From Sphingomonadaceae bacterium (GTDB lineage: Bacteria; Pseudomonadota; Alphaproteobacteria; Sphingomonadales; Sphingomonadaceae), in contig JBDONL010000003.1 of assembly GCA_039831335.1 (NCBI GenBank), positions 652,238 to 716,237 on the forward strand: a DNA stretch of 64,000 nt. The letters are read 5' to 3'. Each line of letters starts with the position of its first letter. Position 1 is the stretch's first letter. A model generated the notes under the pieces. The model was not told the DNA's origin, ran no database searches, and saw only the letters and a list, made by a program, of their open reading frames with translations. Both the position numbers and the translations under genes were made by a program. Positions 22,876 to 33,298 of the stretch are shown here, one piece after another.

Positions 22876-25281
22876 CTATCCCTCGATCCGCGAGAAATCG
22901 GCAACTTTGTGCACTGCAGCACGAAATTGCGCAAGCAAATCGAGCCGGTGTGCGCGTTTGTTTTCTTCCTCCGCGTTTACCGTCACTTCTTCGAAGAAAC
23001 GGTCGATCGGCGCGCGCAGGCTAGCGAGCGCCGCCATGGCGGCGGAGAAGTCCTCTGCCTCAATGGCCGCACTCGCCCGCGGTTCCGCATCGGCGAGCGC
23101 ATCCATCAGCGCCTGTTCGGCGTGTTCGGGCGGATAGGACAGTTCGCTGGCATGGCGCTCGGCCATCTTGGCATCGACCACTGCCTTCATATCGGGATCG
23201 TCGACCATGGCGAGCGGGTCTTCCTCACCCGTGCGCGCAATCTCGCCCTCCGCGCCATGCCAGTCTTCCTTCCTGAGAATATTGGCCGCGCGCTTGTAGC
23301 CCGCGAGGAGATTGGCGCCGTCCTCGGTGGCGATGAAGGATTGGAGCGCGTGGACACGCGCGAGCAGGCGGACGAGATCGTCCTCCCCGCCGAGCGCGAA
23401 CACCGCGTCGATCAGGTCATGGCGGACGCCCGCCTCGCGTTGCTGAACCTTGAGGCGATCTGCCAGGAATTCCACAACTTCAAAAGCACTCTCAACGACT
23501 GAATCGAGTGCCTCCGGTGGGACTTCTGTCTCGCGAACTAACGCAGCATATTTCGCAACATCAAATTGCGCTTTAGCAAAACCGCTGCGGCTAAAAGCTT
23601 CAAAGTCGCGCTCCACTTTGATTTTGACATCTGACAGCAGCAACGGTGTCAGTAGTGCATTTAAATAAGCAGACTGTAGAAGTTTGAAGAGCGGCAGTCG
23701 TGTTTCATTTACTTGAACGGTCCGCAAAACACCTAATGCCGCTCGGCGGAGTGCGAACGGATCTTTTGAACCTGTCGGAGCCATCGAAAACGCGAAGAAG
23801 GAAACCAACGTATCCAATTTATCCGCCAAACTCACCGCCACCGTCACCGGCGCAGTCGGCACTTCGTCGCCCTGCCCGACTGGCTTGTAGTGATCGCGGA
23901 TCGCGTCGGCCACGGCATCGGGCAGGCCTTCGGCGCAGGCGTAATAGCCACCCATAAGCCCCTGTAGTTCTGGGAATTCACCGACCATTTCGGTGACGAG
24001 ATCGGCCTTGCACAGACGCGCTGCCTGTTCGGCGAGGTCGGCGAGTTGCTTGATCTCTTCGTCATTCCGGCGAAGGCCGGAATCCATCTCTCGGTCATTC
24101 CCGGGGGATGGATGGACCCCGGCCTCCGCCGGGGTGACGGACCGGGGTGTGACGATCCCCTCCTCGACCAACCACCTTGCCAGCTTCGCGACCCGCTCGA
24201 CCTTGTCGGCGACGGTGCCCAGCTTCTCATGGAAGGTTATCCGCTCGAGCTTCTTGGCGTGGTCTTCCAGCGAGGTCTTCTGGTCCAGCTCCCAGAAGAA
24301 CCGCGCATCGGAAAGCCGCGCGGCGAGAACCTTGCGGTTGCCGTCGACGATCGCCGCGCCGCCGTCTTCTGCTGCGATATTGGCGTTGCAGACGAAAGCG
24401 TTGGCGAGCTTGCCGTCCGCATCCTCGCAAACGAAATACTTCTGATTTACGCGCGCGGTGAGCTGGATGACTTCGGGCGGAACATCGAGAAACGCCTCGT
24501 CGAAGCGCCCGAGCAACGGCACCGGCCATTCGGTCAGCCCGGCGTTCTCGATCACCAGCCCTTCGTCCTCGACCAAACGCAAACCAGCGTCTGAGGCGAC
24601 CTTGCTGGCGCCCTCGCGGACCAGCGCAGCGCGCTGCTCGTGATCGACGATTACATGGGCCGCGCGCAGCTTCACAGCATAGTCGTCGGCGTTGCCGATG
24701 GTGACATCGCCCGTGTGGTGGAAGCGATGGCCCAGCGTCACCGCACCACTGGTCACGCCATGCACTTCGCACTCGACCACTTCGTCGCCGAGCAGCGCGA
24801 CGATGCCCGAGAGCGGGCGCACCCAGCGCAAGCTCTCGGTGCTGATCGAAGCCGCACCCCAGCGCATCGACTTGGGCCACGCAAAGTCGCGAATGATCGC
24901 CGGGATCGCCTCGGCCAGCACGTCGCGCACCGCCCTGCCCGGCTTTTCGATCACCGCGAAATAGGTCGGCCGTCCCTTTACGTCGCGCACTTCGAGCTGG
25001 TCGCGAGTGACGCCGTTCTTGCGGCAAAAGCCTTCGACCGCCGGATCGGGCGCACCCTCGGGCGGGCCCTTGGCTTCCTCGCTGACCGCTTCGGTCGCTT
25101 GCGGCAGGTCACGCGCGATCAGCGCAAGGCGGCGCGGCGTGGACCAGACGGTCAACGCGCCCACCGAAACGCCTGCGGCATCCATCTCGCGCCGGAACAG
25201 CTTCTCCAGTTCGGCGCGCGCACCGGCCTGCATCCGCGCGGGGATTTCCTCGCTGCGCAGTTCGAGGAGGAAGTCGGTCAC
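22876..25281 (-). CDS. glyS: Glycine--tRNA ligase beta subunit, carrying an in-frame repeat insertion
   Basis: [17 protein letters not shown]-terminus and the [14 protein letters not shown] motif. Start placed at GTG 25281, forming a GTGA overlap with the glyQ stop. The ORF extends to 25311. Confidence 0.9.
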   Translation of the reverse strand: MTDFLLELRSEEIPARMQAGARAELEKLFRREMDAAGVSVGALTVWSTPRRLALIARDLPQATEAVSEEAKGPPEGAPDPAVEGFCRKNGVTRDQLEVRDVKGRPTYFAVIEKPGRAVRDVLAEAIPAIIRDFAWPKSMRWGAASISTESLRWVRPLSGIVALLGDEVVECEVHGVTSGAVTLGHRFHHTGDVTIGNADDYAVKLRAAHVIVDHEQRAALVREGASKVASDAGLRLVEDEGLVIENAGLTEWPVPLLGRFDEAFLDVPPEVIQLTARVNQKYFVCEDADGKLANAFVCNANIAAEDGGAAIVDGNRKVLAARLSDARFFWELDQKTSLEDHAKKLERITFHEKLGTVADKVERVAKLARWLVEEGIVTPRSVTPAEAGVHPSPGNDREMDSGLRRNDEEIKQLADLAEQAARLCKADLVTEMVGEFPELQGLMGGYYACAEGLPDAVADAIRDHYKPVGQGDEVPTAPVTVAVSLADKLDTLVSFFAFSMAPTGSKDPFALRRAALGVLRTVQVNETRLPLFKLLQSAYLNALLTPLLLSDVKIKVERDFEAFSRSGFAKAQFDVAKYAALVRETEVPPEALDSVVESAFEVVEFLADRLKVQQREAGVRHDLIDAVFALGGEDDLVRLLARVHALQSFIATEDGANLLAGYKRAANILRKEDWHGAEGEIARTGEEDPLAMVDDPDMKAVVDAKMAERHASELSYPPEHAEQALMDALADAEPRASAAIEAEDFSAAMAALASLRAPIDRFFEEVTVNAEEENKRAHRLDLLAQFRAAVHKVADFSRIEG
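24061..24154. repeat. Nested-palindromic (REP/MITE-like) element inserted in-frame in glyS
   Basis: Left arm 24061..24088 gtcattccggcgaaggccggaatccatc. Right arm 24111..24138 gatggaccccggcctccgccggggtgac; 23 of 28 positions are complementary. Each arm has its own hairpin (TTCCGGC/GCCGGAA and CCCCGGC/GCCGGGG). Alternative-frame translations give VIPAKAGIH and [10 protein letters not shown]-type peptides. Confidence 0.75.
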
Positions 25282-26177
25282 AGGCTCCACTCCGGATATT
25301 TCTTGGCCCATTCGGGGGCCATCTTCTCGGCATAGGCTTCGCAGCTCGACCGCGCGAGGTCGCGCACCCGACCCATGTAGCTGGCGCGTTCCTGCACGCT
25401 GATCACGCCGCGCGCCTGCAACAGGTTGAACACGTGGCTCGCCTCGATCGCCTGTTCATAGGCCGCGATAGGCACCTGGTTGGCAAGCGCATTGCGGCAT
25501 TCCGCCTCGGCCTTGGCAAACAGGTCGAACAGCGCATCGGTCTCGGCGACTTCGAAGTTCCACTTCGACATCTGCTTCTCGTTTTCGAGAAACACCTCGC
25601 CATAGGAAACGCCGCGCCCGTTGAAGTCGAGGTCGTAGACATTGTCGACGCCCTGGATATACATCGCCAGGCGCTCCAGCCCGTAAGTCAGCTCGCCCGC
25701 CACCGGCTTGCAGTCGAAGCCGCCCATTTGCTGGAAATAGGTGAACTGGGTGACTTCCATCCCGTCGCACCAGACTTCCCAACCCAGCCCCCATGCGCCG
25801 AGCGTCGGGCTTTCCCAGTCGTCCTCAACGAAGCGGATATCGTGCTTGAGCGGGTCGATCCCGATCACCCGCAGGCTCTGCAGGTAGAGGTCCTGGATAT
25901 CGGGCGGGCTCGGTTTCAGGATCACCTGATACTGGTAATAATGCTGGAGCCGGTTGGGGTTTTCGCCATAACGCCCGTCAGTCGGGCGACGGCAAGGCTG
26001 GATGAAAGCCGCATTCCATGGCTCGGGGCCGAGCGCTCGGAGCGTCGTCGCGGTGTGAAACGTGCCCGCCCCCATGCGCATGTCATAGGGTTGCAGGATC
26101 AGGCAGCCCTGCGCGCTCCAGAAATCATGGAGCGCGAGGATCATGTCCTGAAAACTCTTGTTCGGCTCTCGCTGCAT
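25278..26177 (-). CDS. glyQ: Glycine--tRNA ligase alpha subunit
   Basis: 299 aa. Highly conserved [17 protein letters not shown]...[26 protein letters not shown]. Confidence 0.97.
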   Translation of the reverse strand: MQREPNKSFQDMILALHDFWSAQGCLILQPYDMRMGAGTFHTATTLRALGPEPWNAAFIQPCRRPTDGRYGENPNRLQHYYQYQVILKPSPPDIQDLYLQSLRVIGIDPLKHDIRFVEDDWESPTLGAWGLGWEVWCDGMEVTQFTYFQQMGGFDCKPVAGELTYGLERLAMYIQGVDNVYDLDFNGRGVSYGEVFLENEKQMSKWNFEVAETDALFDLFAKAEAECRNALANQVPIAAYEQAIEASHVFNLLQARGVISVQERASYMGRVRDLARSSCEAYAEKMAPEWAKKYPEWSL

Positions 26178-26322
26178 CGCAGCGGGCCATGGCGAAGGCT
26201 GCGAATTGCGTCAATGGTGGCTGAACGGTGCGCCTTGCCAATTGGTCGGACTTCCATCGACTGTTAAGCCTCGGCCCGCTACTCACAGCGCGATATTCAA
26301 CAGGGACTGGGAAAAGAACCGC

Positions 26323-27264
26323 ATGATCCGCTTCAAATCGCACATTGCCGCCACGCTGGCCGCAACCACTCTGCTGGCGGGCTTCCAGGCCTCGCCCGGT
26401 TTTGCTCAGGCCGCAGCAACCAAGGCCGAGGCTGCACCGGCAGCGCAAGCAGCTTCGACGCTCGCGACGCCCGCGCTGTGGAAGCTGAGCGACAAGGACA
26501 CCACCATCTATCTGTTCGGCACGGTCCACGCGCTGCCCAAAGGTGTTAACTGGGATCATGGCGCTGTTGCAAAGGCGATGGGATCGGCGGAAACTCTGGT
26601 CACCGAAGTGCCGATGAATGCGATGAACGCGCCCGAAACGCAGGCGATGTTCATGAAGAATGCTCAGCTTCCCGACGGACAGAGCTTGCGCGATTTGCTC
26701 AGTCCGGATCAGCGGAAAACATACGAAGAAGCGATGACCAAGCTGGGCCTGCCGGTCGGTGCATTCGACAAGTTCCAGCCATGGTTTGCCAGCCTGACCC
26801 TGACCATGCTCCCTGTGATGAAAGCGGGATACAATCCCGCCAATGGCGTCGACGATCGAATCGATGCCAAATTACCAAAGACGGTAAAGCGTGACGCTCT
26901 GGAAACCGTTCAGTACCAGCTCGACCTGTTCGCCAAAATGCCGCAGGAGACTCAGATCAAGTTCCTCGTTTCGACAGCCAGCGAAGTCGACAATATCGGC
27001 AAGTCGATTGGCGAAATGGTCGATGAGTGGGCCAAGGGCGATGCCGACGGACTGGCCAATTTGATGAACCAGCAACTCGACGACCCCGCTGTCGCCGATC
27101 GACTGCTGTACCAGCGCAATCGCAACTGGGCGAAATGGATCGAGAAGCGGATGGATGAACCCGGCACGGTGTTCATCGCGGTGGGCGCAGGCCATCTGGC
27201 CGGCGACAAGAGCGTCCAGTCCTACCTCGGCAAGGATGGCGTGAAGGTGACCCGCGTCCAGTAA
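26323..27264 (+). CDS. TraB/GumN family protein (secreted)
   Basis: Signal peptide after ATG 26323 (MIRFKSHIAATLAATTLLAG...AQA). LFGTVHALPKG motif and C-terminal FIAVGAGHLAG. Confidence 0.8.
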   Translation: MIRFKSHIAATLAATTLLAGFQASPGFAQAAATKAEAAPAAQAASTLATPALWKLSDKDTTIYLFGTVHALPKGVNWDHGAVAKAMGSAETLVTEVPMNAMNAPETQAMFMKNAQLPDGQSLRDLLSPDQRKTYEEAMTKLGLPVGAFDKFQPWFASLTLTMLPVMKAGYNPANGVDDRIDAKLPKTVKRDALETVQYQLDLFAKMPQETQIKFLVSTASEVDNIGKSIGEMVDEWAKGDADGLANLMNQQLDDPAVADRLLYQRNRNWAKWIEKRMDEPGTVFIAVGAGHLAGDKSVQSYLGKDGVKVTRVQ

Positions 27265-27266
27265 CG

Positions 27267-28133
27267 ATGCGGCTGTTCGCGCTACTCTTCGCTTGCCTGT
27301 GTCTCGCCTCCTGCGGTTCGCGGGAAGCTGCCCCCATGGGCAAGCCCGCGCTGTGGGAGGTGTCGACACAGAACGGACACGTCGCCGGATGGCTGTTCGG
27401 CACGGTGCATGTGCTGCCTGACGGAACCCGTTGGGAAACGCCAAGGCTGGACGAATCGCTCGCCAAAGCAGGCGTGCTGGTCGTGGAGGTGCGCGATCTG
27501 GGCGATTCGGAGGCCATCGCCCGGATATTCCGATCGCTCGCGACCGACGATCCGGGACCGCCGCTGGACCTGCGTCTCGCTCCGGCGGAACGTGCCCGGC
27601 TCGACGCTTTGCTCGAACGCGACGATGTCGATCCGGATCGTTTCGACGGTTTGGAAACCTGGGGCGCAGCGCTTGCCATCGCCCAGCTCGACCAGTCGGG
27701 CGATGCGGCCAACGGAGCCGATCGCGTGTTGCTGAACCGTTTCGAGGGGCGTCCGATCGAGGAACTGGAAGGCGCGCGAGCGCAGCTTTCGATTTTCGAC
27801 CGCTTGCCTGCGAAGGATCAGCACGACCTGCTGATGGGCGTTATCGATGAAAGCAACGCCGGGGCGCAGGCACAGGAGCAGCTCGCACAAGCCTGGTTGA
27901 GGGGTGACACCGCCGCGATCGAGGATCTGTCACGGCGGGGGATCCTGTCCTATCCCGACCTCTACAAAGCGCTGCTGCTCGACCGGAACAAGGCGTGGGT
28001 CGGCAAGATCGCTGGCATGCTGTCGTCGGGCCGCCGCCCCTTCGTTGCCGTCGGTGCGGCCCATATGCTGGGTGATAACGGCCTCCCTGCCCTGTTGCAC
28101 GCGCGCGGTTTCAAGGTCCGCCGCATCCAGTAA
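27267..28133 (+). CDS. TraB/GumN family lipoprotein (tandem paralogue)
   Basis: Lipobox [19 protein letters not shown] and [11 protein letters not shown] motifs parallel those of the upstream paralogue. Confidence 0.8.
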   Translation: MRLFALLFACLCLASCGSREAAPMGKPALWEVSTQNGHVAGWLFGTVHVLPDGTRWETPRLDESLAKAGVLVVEVRDLGDSEAIARIFRSLATDDPGPPLDLRLAPAERARLDALLERDDVDPDRFDGLETWGAALAIAQLDQSGDAANGADRVLLNRFEGRPIEELEGARAQLSIFDRLPAKDQHDLLMGVIDESNAGAQAQEQLAQAWLRGDTAAIEDLSRRGILSYPDLYKALLLDRNKAWVGKIAGMLSSGRRPFVAVGAAHMLGDNGLPALLHARGFKVRRIQ

Positions 28134-28240
28134 AGCTTGCGTTTTGGCCTGTCCCTGCTAATGGCCCGCGCTTCGGCGTCATGGTCATCCCTGGAGGCGT
28201 GGCGGACCGAAGATCCAAAGTACACTCGAAAGGCACACTT

Positions 28241-28906
28241 ATGAGCGATGCTCTGACCCTGCCGGCCGAGGCGCGCGATCGGGCTGGCAAGGGAGCCTCC
28301 CGTCATCTGCGCCGCGAAGGCCGTGTTCCCGCCGTCATCTATGGCGGCAAGGAAGAACCCACCATGATCCATGTCGAAGCGAAGGAGCTGACGCGCCTGC
28401 TCGACACCGGTCACCTCATGAACTCCATCGTCACTCTCGAGCTGGGCGGCAAGAAGATCCGCACCCTGCCCAAGGATGTCGCGCTCAACCCGGTCACCGA
28501 CCGTCCCGAGCATGCCGACTTCCTGCGTCTGGGCAAGGACGCCAAGGTCGAAGTGATGGTCCCTGTCGTCTTCATCAACGAAGAAGCGAGCCCCGGCCTC
28601 AAGAAGGGCGGCGTGCTGAACGTGGTTCGCCACGAGCTGGACCTCATCTGCGAAGCCGACAAGATCCCCGGCGAAATCGAAATCGACGTCACCGGCAAGG
28701 AAGTCGGCGATTCGATCCACATCAGCGAAGTGACGCTTCCGGCCGGTTCGGAAAGCGCGATCACCGATCGCGACTTCACCATCGCGACCTTCGTTGCTCC
28801 GTCCGCGCTCAAGAAGAGCGAAGGCGAAGCGGGTGCGGAGGAAACCGAAGTCACCGAGCAGGATGCCGAGACGGTTGAAGGCGAGGACGAGCAGTCCGAC
28901 GACTGA
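28241..28906 (+). CDS. rplY: 50S ribosomal protein L25/general stress protein Ctc
   Basis: [14 protein letters not shown]-type N-terminus and an acidic C-terminal tail. Start at ATG 28241. Confidence 0.92.
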   Translation: MSDALTLPAEARDRAGKGASRHLRREGRVPAVIYGGKEEPTMIHVEAKELTRLLDTGHLMNSIVTLELGGKKIRTLPKDVALNPVTDRPEHADFLRLGKDAKVEVMVPVVFINEEASPGLKKGGVLNVVRHELDLICEADKIPGEIEIDVTGKEVGDSIHISEVTLPAGSESAITDRDFTIATFVAPSALKKSEGEAGAEETEVTEQDAETVEGEDEQSDD

Positions 28907-28930
28907 TCGCTTCGATCCCGTAGAACATGA

Positions 28931-28962
28931 ACGCCGGTTCCTGCGGGAGCCGGCGTTTTTGT
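28931..28962 (+). terminator. Rho-independent terminator downstream of rplY
   Basis: Stem CGCCGGTTCC / GGAGCCGGCG (one G-U pair), tetraloop TGCG, followed by TTTTTGTTT. Confidence 0.8.
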
Positions 28963-29016
28963 TTGCGCGTCATGCACTGCACTTGCTTGCGGCGCTTGCG
29001 GAGCTAGAGAAGCGCC

Positions 29017-29586
29017 ATGCAAATCTGGACTGGCCTCGGAAATCCTGGACCCAAATATTCGCTCCACCGGCACAACGTCGGTTTCATGGCGGTCGATATC
29101 ATCGCGGAAATGCACGACTTCGGTCCGGTGCAGAAGAAGTTTCAGGGATGGGTGCAGGAAGGCACGATCGGCGGCCAGAAGGTGCTGCTGCTCAAGCCCG
29201 CCACATTCATGAACGAAAGCGGCCGCTCGGTCGGTGAGGCTCTGCGCTTCTACAAGCTCGGGCCTGAGGCGTTGACCGTATTCCATGACGAACTCGATCT
29301 TGCCCCGTTCAAGGTAAAAGCTCGCATGGGCGGCGGTTTGGCAGGTCACAATGGCCTGAAAAGCATCGACCAGCATCTCGGCCCGGATTTCCGGCGAGTG
29401 CGGATCGGGATCGGTCACCCAGGCCACAAGGACCGCGTCAACGGCTATGTGCTGGGCAACTTCGCCAAGTCCGAAATGGACGACCTGGTGGATATGCTGG
29501 CGGCAATTGGCAGCGAAGCGGATTGGCTGGTCAAAGGCGACAACGAACGTTTCATGAGCGATGTCGCGCTGCGGCAGCAAGGATAG
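29017..29586 (+). CDS. pth: Peptidyl-tRNA hydrolase
   Basis: GLGNPGPKYSLHRHNVGF...GGLAGHNGLKS motifs. 189 aa. Confidence 0.95.
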   Translation: MQIWTGLGNPGPKYSLHRHNVGFMAVDIIAEMHDFGPVQKKFQGWVQEGTIGGQKVLLLKPATFMNESGRSVGEALRFYKLGPEALTVFHDELDLAPFKVKARMGGGLAGHNGLKSIDQHLGPDFRRVRIGIGHPGHKDRVNGYVLGNFAKSEMDDLVDMLAAIGSEADWLVKGDNERFMSDVALRQQG

Positions 29587-29589
29587 GCA

Positions 29590-30009
29590 ATGGCCGATCA
29601 GACTTATATCGAAGTGACGCCCGAACAGGGCGCGCGATTTTTCGGGACGCCCGGCGATGGTCCGGTGGTCATGCTCAACCTCTTGCGCTTTCGCGAGCGC
29701 GCTCAATACGCCCACGCACCGCAACTGGAACCGGAAGGCGGCGTGTCTGGCGCTGAAGCCTATGCGCTGTACGTTTCGGGGATCGAGCCGCTGCTTCAGG
29801 CAAGCGGTGGACGCCTGTTGTTTCAGGGCACGGCCAGTCATTTCCTTATCGGTCCGACCGACGAGCACTGGGATGCGGTGTTGCTGGTCGAGCAGGCGAG
29901 CAAGGAGAGCTTTCTTGCGTTTGCTTCCGATCCGGAAGCTCAGCGCATAACGGCCCATCGCACAGCAGCAATTAAGGACTCCCGTCTATTGCCCGTGTCG
30001 CCAGCCTGA
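29590..30009 (+). CDS. DUF1330 domain-containing protein
   Basis: 139 aa. The VVMLNLLRFRE... pattern is typical of the DUF1330 dimeric alpha-beta barrel family. Confidence 0.65.
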   Translation: MADQTYIEVTPEQGARFFGTPGDGPVVMLNLLRFRERAQYAHAPQLEPEGGVSGAEAYALYVSGIEPLLQASGGRLLFQGTASHFLIGPTDEHWDAVLLVEQASKESFLAFASDPEAQRITAHRTAAIKDSRLLPVSPA

Positions 30010-30016
30010 AGCACGG

Positions 30017-31108
30017 TCACACGAAATGAAGCACGCTCAACAGGGTGATGCTGAGGGCACCAAGTGCCACCAGCGATAGCGTTACCGCTGCCGAGACCCT
30101 GACCCCGGCCGATGCCACCGTCCGGACATCGACCCCTAGCCCGAGCGCGGCCATCGAGATCACCGTCAGTATCCCTGCGGTATGGGAGATCGGCGAGATG
30201 GCGTGCTGCGGAATGAAGCCAAGACTGCGGCACACCACCAGCAGGATGAAGCCGATGATGAACCACGGCACCATCTGGGCCAGGCCGGGGCGCTTGCGCA
30301 CAGGTTCACCGGCAATCGTTTCGCCATGCAATTCGGGTTGCGGGGCAATCCTCGGCGCGACGAACGACAAAACGAGACAGACCGGCCCCAGCATCAAGAC
30401 GCGCACCAGTTTGACGAGCGTTCCTGTTTGTATTGCCAACGCACCAAAGGCGGAGGCGGCGGCAATGACTTGCGGTACCGCGTAAACTGTGAGGCCCGAA
30501 AGCGCACCAAAACCCATCGCGCTCATGCCAAGACCATATCCGACCAGCGGCAGGCCCAGCACCACGAGCACGCCAAGCACGGCAGTAAAGGCAATCGATG
30601 CGGCGACGTCGTCGCTGTCCGCCCCGATAACCGGAGCGACCGCTGCGATCGCGGAATTGCCGCAGATCGAATTGCCGCAAGCCACCAGCAGCGCCATGCG
30701 CACCGGTAACCCAAGCGCGCGCGCAATGCCGAAGCTGGCAAGTATCGCGGTTGCCACGACGATGGCGATGCCTGCCAGCAAGCCGGGCCCGGCTGCCAAT
30801 AGGGTCGCCGCGCTCACAGAGGCACCCAGCAGGACCACTGCAATTTCCAGCAGGAATTTGGCACTGAAGGCAATTCCCTTGTGCCATATGTTAGATGGCG
30901 ACCACGCCGTACGGATTGCAGTCCCCGCAAGGATGGCCAGCACCAGTGCTTCGATCCAGGCCTTGCCGGTCAACGCCGTTTCCGCCGCTTCCAGAGCATA
31001 AGCCAGCGCTGTCACCGCACCGCAAAGCAGGACCCCAGGCGCTATGGCGAGCACCGAAGCGAGCCAGTCGGATGGTTGGTGACGACGATAAAGAGCGACG
31101 GTCGGCAA
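30017..31108 (-). CDS. yeiH: YeiH/UPF0324 family membrane protein (putative sulfate exporter family)
   Basis: 363-aa polytopic membrane protein divergent from a LysR regulator, as in the E. coli yeiE-yeiH pair. Contains GNSICGNSAIAA. Confidence 0.75.
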   Translation of the reverse strand: MPTVALYRRHQPSDWLASVLAIAPGVLLCGAVTALAYALEAAETALTGKAWIEALVLAILAGTAIRTAWSPSNIWHKGIAFSAKFLLEIAVVLLGASVSAATLLAAGPGLLAGIAIVVATAILASFGIARALGLPVRMALLVACGNSICGNSAIAAVAPVIGADSDDVAASIAFTAVLGVLVVLGLPLVGYGLGMSAMGFGALSGLTVYAVPQVIAAASAFGALAIQTGTLVKLVRVLMLGPVCLVLSFVAPRIAPQPELHGETIAGEPVRKRPGLAQMVPWFIIGFILLVVCRSLGFIPQHAISPISHTAGILTVISMAALGLGVDVRTVASAGVRVSAAVTLSLVALGALSITLLSVLHFV

Positions 31109-31216
31109 GCGAAATTCCTTTCGCAGAGACAGCTAGGTTCACGCTTTCAATCGATCAAACCGATAGTTATTATTGTTCCAATCGCTTTTGCTTGTTGATT
31201 AAGGTATGGTTTTGCG

Positions 31217-32101
31217 ATGACGCTAGAACAACTCCGCATCTTCGCCTGTGTTGCCGAACTGGAAAATATGACCGCTGCTGCGAAGAGGTTGAATCTCACA
31301 CAGTCAGCAGTGTCCGCGGCTATTGCGGCCCTTGAAGATCGATACGGGGTCAAACTGTTTCATCGCGTAGGACGCGGGATTGAATTGAATGAGGCCGGTA
31401 AGGCCTTTCTGGTCGAGGCCGGGAATGTGCTGGCGCATTCCGGTGTGGCGGAAACCGTCCTCAAGGAACTTGGCGGTCTGGAACGCGGCAGCCTCCGCGT
31501 CATCGCCAGCCAGACGATAGCGGCGTACTGGCTCCCGCAACGCCTCGCGCTGTTTCACGAACGATACCCTCGGCTGCAAATCGATGTTCGGATCGGCAAC
31601 ACCCAGCAGGCGGCAAACTACGTGCAAGATGGTCTGGTCGACATCGGGATTGTCGAAGGAGATATCGATAACCCCGCCCTCGCCCATTGGGCAATCGGGC
31701 GGGACAAGCTTCAACTGGTGGGGAAGCGCGATTTCACACGCGATGCAATCGATACGGCATGGTTGCAACACGCGCGATGGATCATGCGCGAACCGGGCTC
31801 GGGAACGCGCTCGACCCTCGAACACCATTTGCGGGAACTGGGTGTCGATCCCAAAGCGCTGGATATCGCGCTGGTCTTGCCGTCCAATGAAAGCGTGCGA
31901 ACGGCGGTTGAGGCAGGTGCCGGTATAGCGGTCATGTCATCGCTGGTTACTGATGCCGCAGTTGCCTCGGGCAATTTGAAAGTAGCGTCGTTGCACTTTT
32001 CTCCCCGTGCATTCTATGGCTTGAGGCACAAGGAAAGATACCGGACCAAGGCGTCCGATGCCTTCCTGGAGCTTGCGCAGGAAGTTCGCGACGATCTTTG
32101 A
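31217..32101 (+). CDS. LysR family transcriptional regulator (YeiE-like)
   Basis: N-terminal HTH LEQLRIFACVAELENMTAAAKRLNLTQSAVSAAIAALE plus a LysR substrate-binding domain. Confidence 0.9.
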   Translation: MTLEQLRIFACVAELENMTAAAKRLNLTQSAVSAAIAALEDRYGVKLFHRVGRGIELNEAGKAFLVEAGNVLAHSGVAETVLKELGGLERGSLRVIASQTIAAYWLPQRLALFHERYPRLQIDVRIGNTQQAANYVQDGLVDIGIVEGDIDNPALAHWAIGRDKLQLVGKRDFTRDAIDTAWLQHARWIMREPGSGTRSTLEHHLRELGVDPKALDIALVLPSNESVRTAVEAGAGIAVMSSLVTDAAVASGNLKVASLHFSPRAFYGLRHKERYRTKASDAFLELAQEVRDDL

Positions 32102-32187
32102 ATGACGACAGCGCTGTCCCAGAGCCCTAGCTTTTCGCACTGTCTGCGCCTATTCGCGCCCCGACACCATAATCTCCGGAGTTTTCG

Positions 32188-33288
32188 ATGGGTTTCCGTT
32201 GCGGGATCGTCGGGCTGCCCAATGTCGGCAAGTCGACCCTTTTCAATGCATTGACCGAAACGCAGGCCGCGCAGGCCGCGAACTATCCGTTCTGTACGAT
32301 CGAACCCAATGTCGGCCAAGTCGCCGTGCCGGACGAGCGGCTGGATAAGATCGCGGAAATTGCCGGTTCCGCCAAGATCATCCCGACGCAGCTCGCCTTC
32401 GTCGATATTGCGGGCCTCGTGAAGGGCGCGAGCAAGGGCGAAGGCCTGGGCAACCAGTTCCTCGGCAATATCCGCGAGGTCGATGCGATCGTCCATGTGC
32501 TGCGCTGCTTTGAGGACGACGATATCCAGCATGTATCCAACAAGGTCGATCCGATCGCCGATGCCGAGGTGGTCGAAACCGAGCTGATGCTGTCCGACCT
32601 CGAAAGCCTCGAAAAGCGCGTGCCCGCTGCGGCCAAGCGCGCCACCGGCGGCGACAAGGAAGCGAAGATCGCCGCCAGCGTGCTGGGCCAAGCGCTGGAA
32701 TTGCTGCGCGATGGCAAGCCCGCGCGTCTGACCGAGCCGAAGGACGATGAGGAAGCCCGCATCTTCGCGCAAGCGCAATTGCTGACTGCCAAGCCCGTGC
32801 TCTACGTCTGCAATGTCGCCGAAGAGGATGCGGCCGAAGGCAACGCGCTGTCAGCACAGGTGTTCGAAAAGGCGCAGTCCGAGGGAGCCGAGGCGGTCGT
32901 CGTTTCCGCCGCCATCGAGAGCGAGCTGGTGGCGATGCCAGCCGAAGAACGCGGCGAGTATCTGTCAGAGCTTGGCTTAACCGAAAGCGGCCTGAGCCGG
33001 GTTATCAAGGCCGGATACAAACTGCTTGGTTTGCAGACGTTTTTCACCGCAGGCCCGAAGGAGGCGCGAGCGTGGACTTTCCCATCCGGCGCCAAGGCTC
33101 CGCAGGCGGCAGGCGAAATCCACACCGATTTCGAGAAAGGCTTCATCCGCGCCGAAACCATCGCCTATCACGACTACGTCACATTGGGGGGTGAAAGCGC
33201 CGCGCGTGACGCGGGCAAGCTGCGTCAGGAAGGCAAGGAATATCTCGTGCAGGACGGCGATGTCCTGCATTTCAAGTTCAACGTCTGA
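32188..33288 (+). CDS. ychF: Redox-regulated ATPase YchF
   Basis: GIVGLPNVGKSTLFNALT P-loop and a C-terminal TGS-like domain ending DGDVLHFKFNV. 366 aa. Confidence 0.95.
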   Translation: MGFRCGIVGLPNVGKSTLFNALTETQAAQAANYPFCTIEPNVGQVAVPDERLDKIAEIAGSAKIIPTQLAFVDIAGLVKGASKGEGLGNQFLGNIREVDAIVHVLRCFEDDDIQHVSNKVDPIADAEVVETELMLSDLESLEKRVPAAAKRATGGDKEAKIAASVLGQALELLRDGKPARLTEPKDDEEARIFAQAQLLTAKPVLYVCNVAEEDAAEGNALSAQVFEKAQSEGAEAVVVSAAIESELVAMPAEERGEYLSELGLTESGLSRVIKAGYKLLGLQTFFTAGPKEARAWTFPSGAKAPQAAGEIHTDFEKGFIRAETIAYHDYVTLGGESAARDAGKLRQEGKEYLVQDGDVLHFKFNV

Positions 33289-33298
33289 GGCCCGCAGA

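Noticed and set aside
28411-29958. 515-aa minus-strand ORF spanning rplY, pth and DUF1330
   Set aside because: It runs antisense across three well-supported plus-strand genes and an intrinsic terminator, and shows no recognisable motifs.
33026-33298. Upstream extension of the phoD ORF overlapping ychF
   Set aside because: It overlaps the 3' end of ychF in another frame. A Tat signal peptide begins exactly at ATG 33299.
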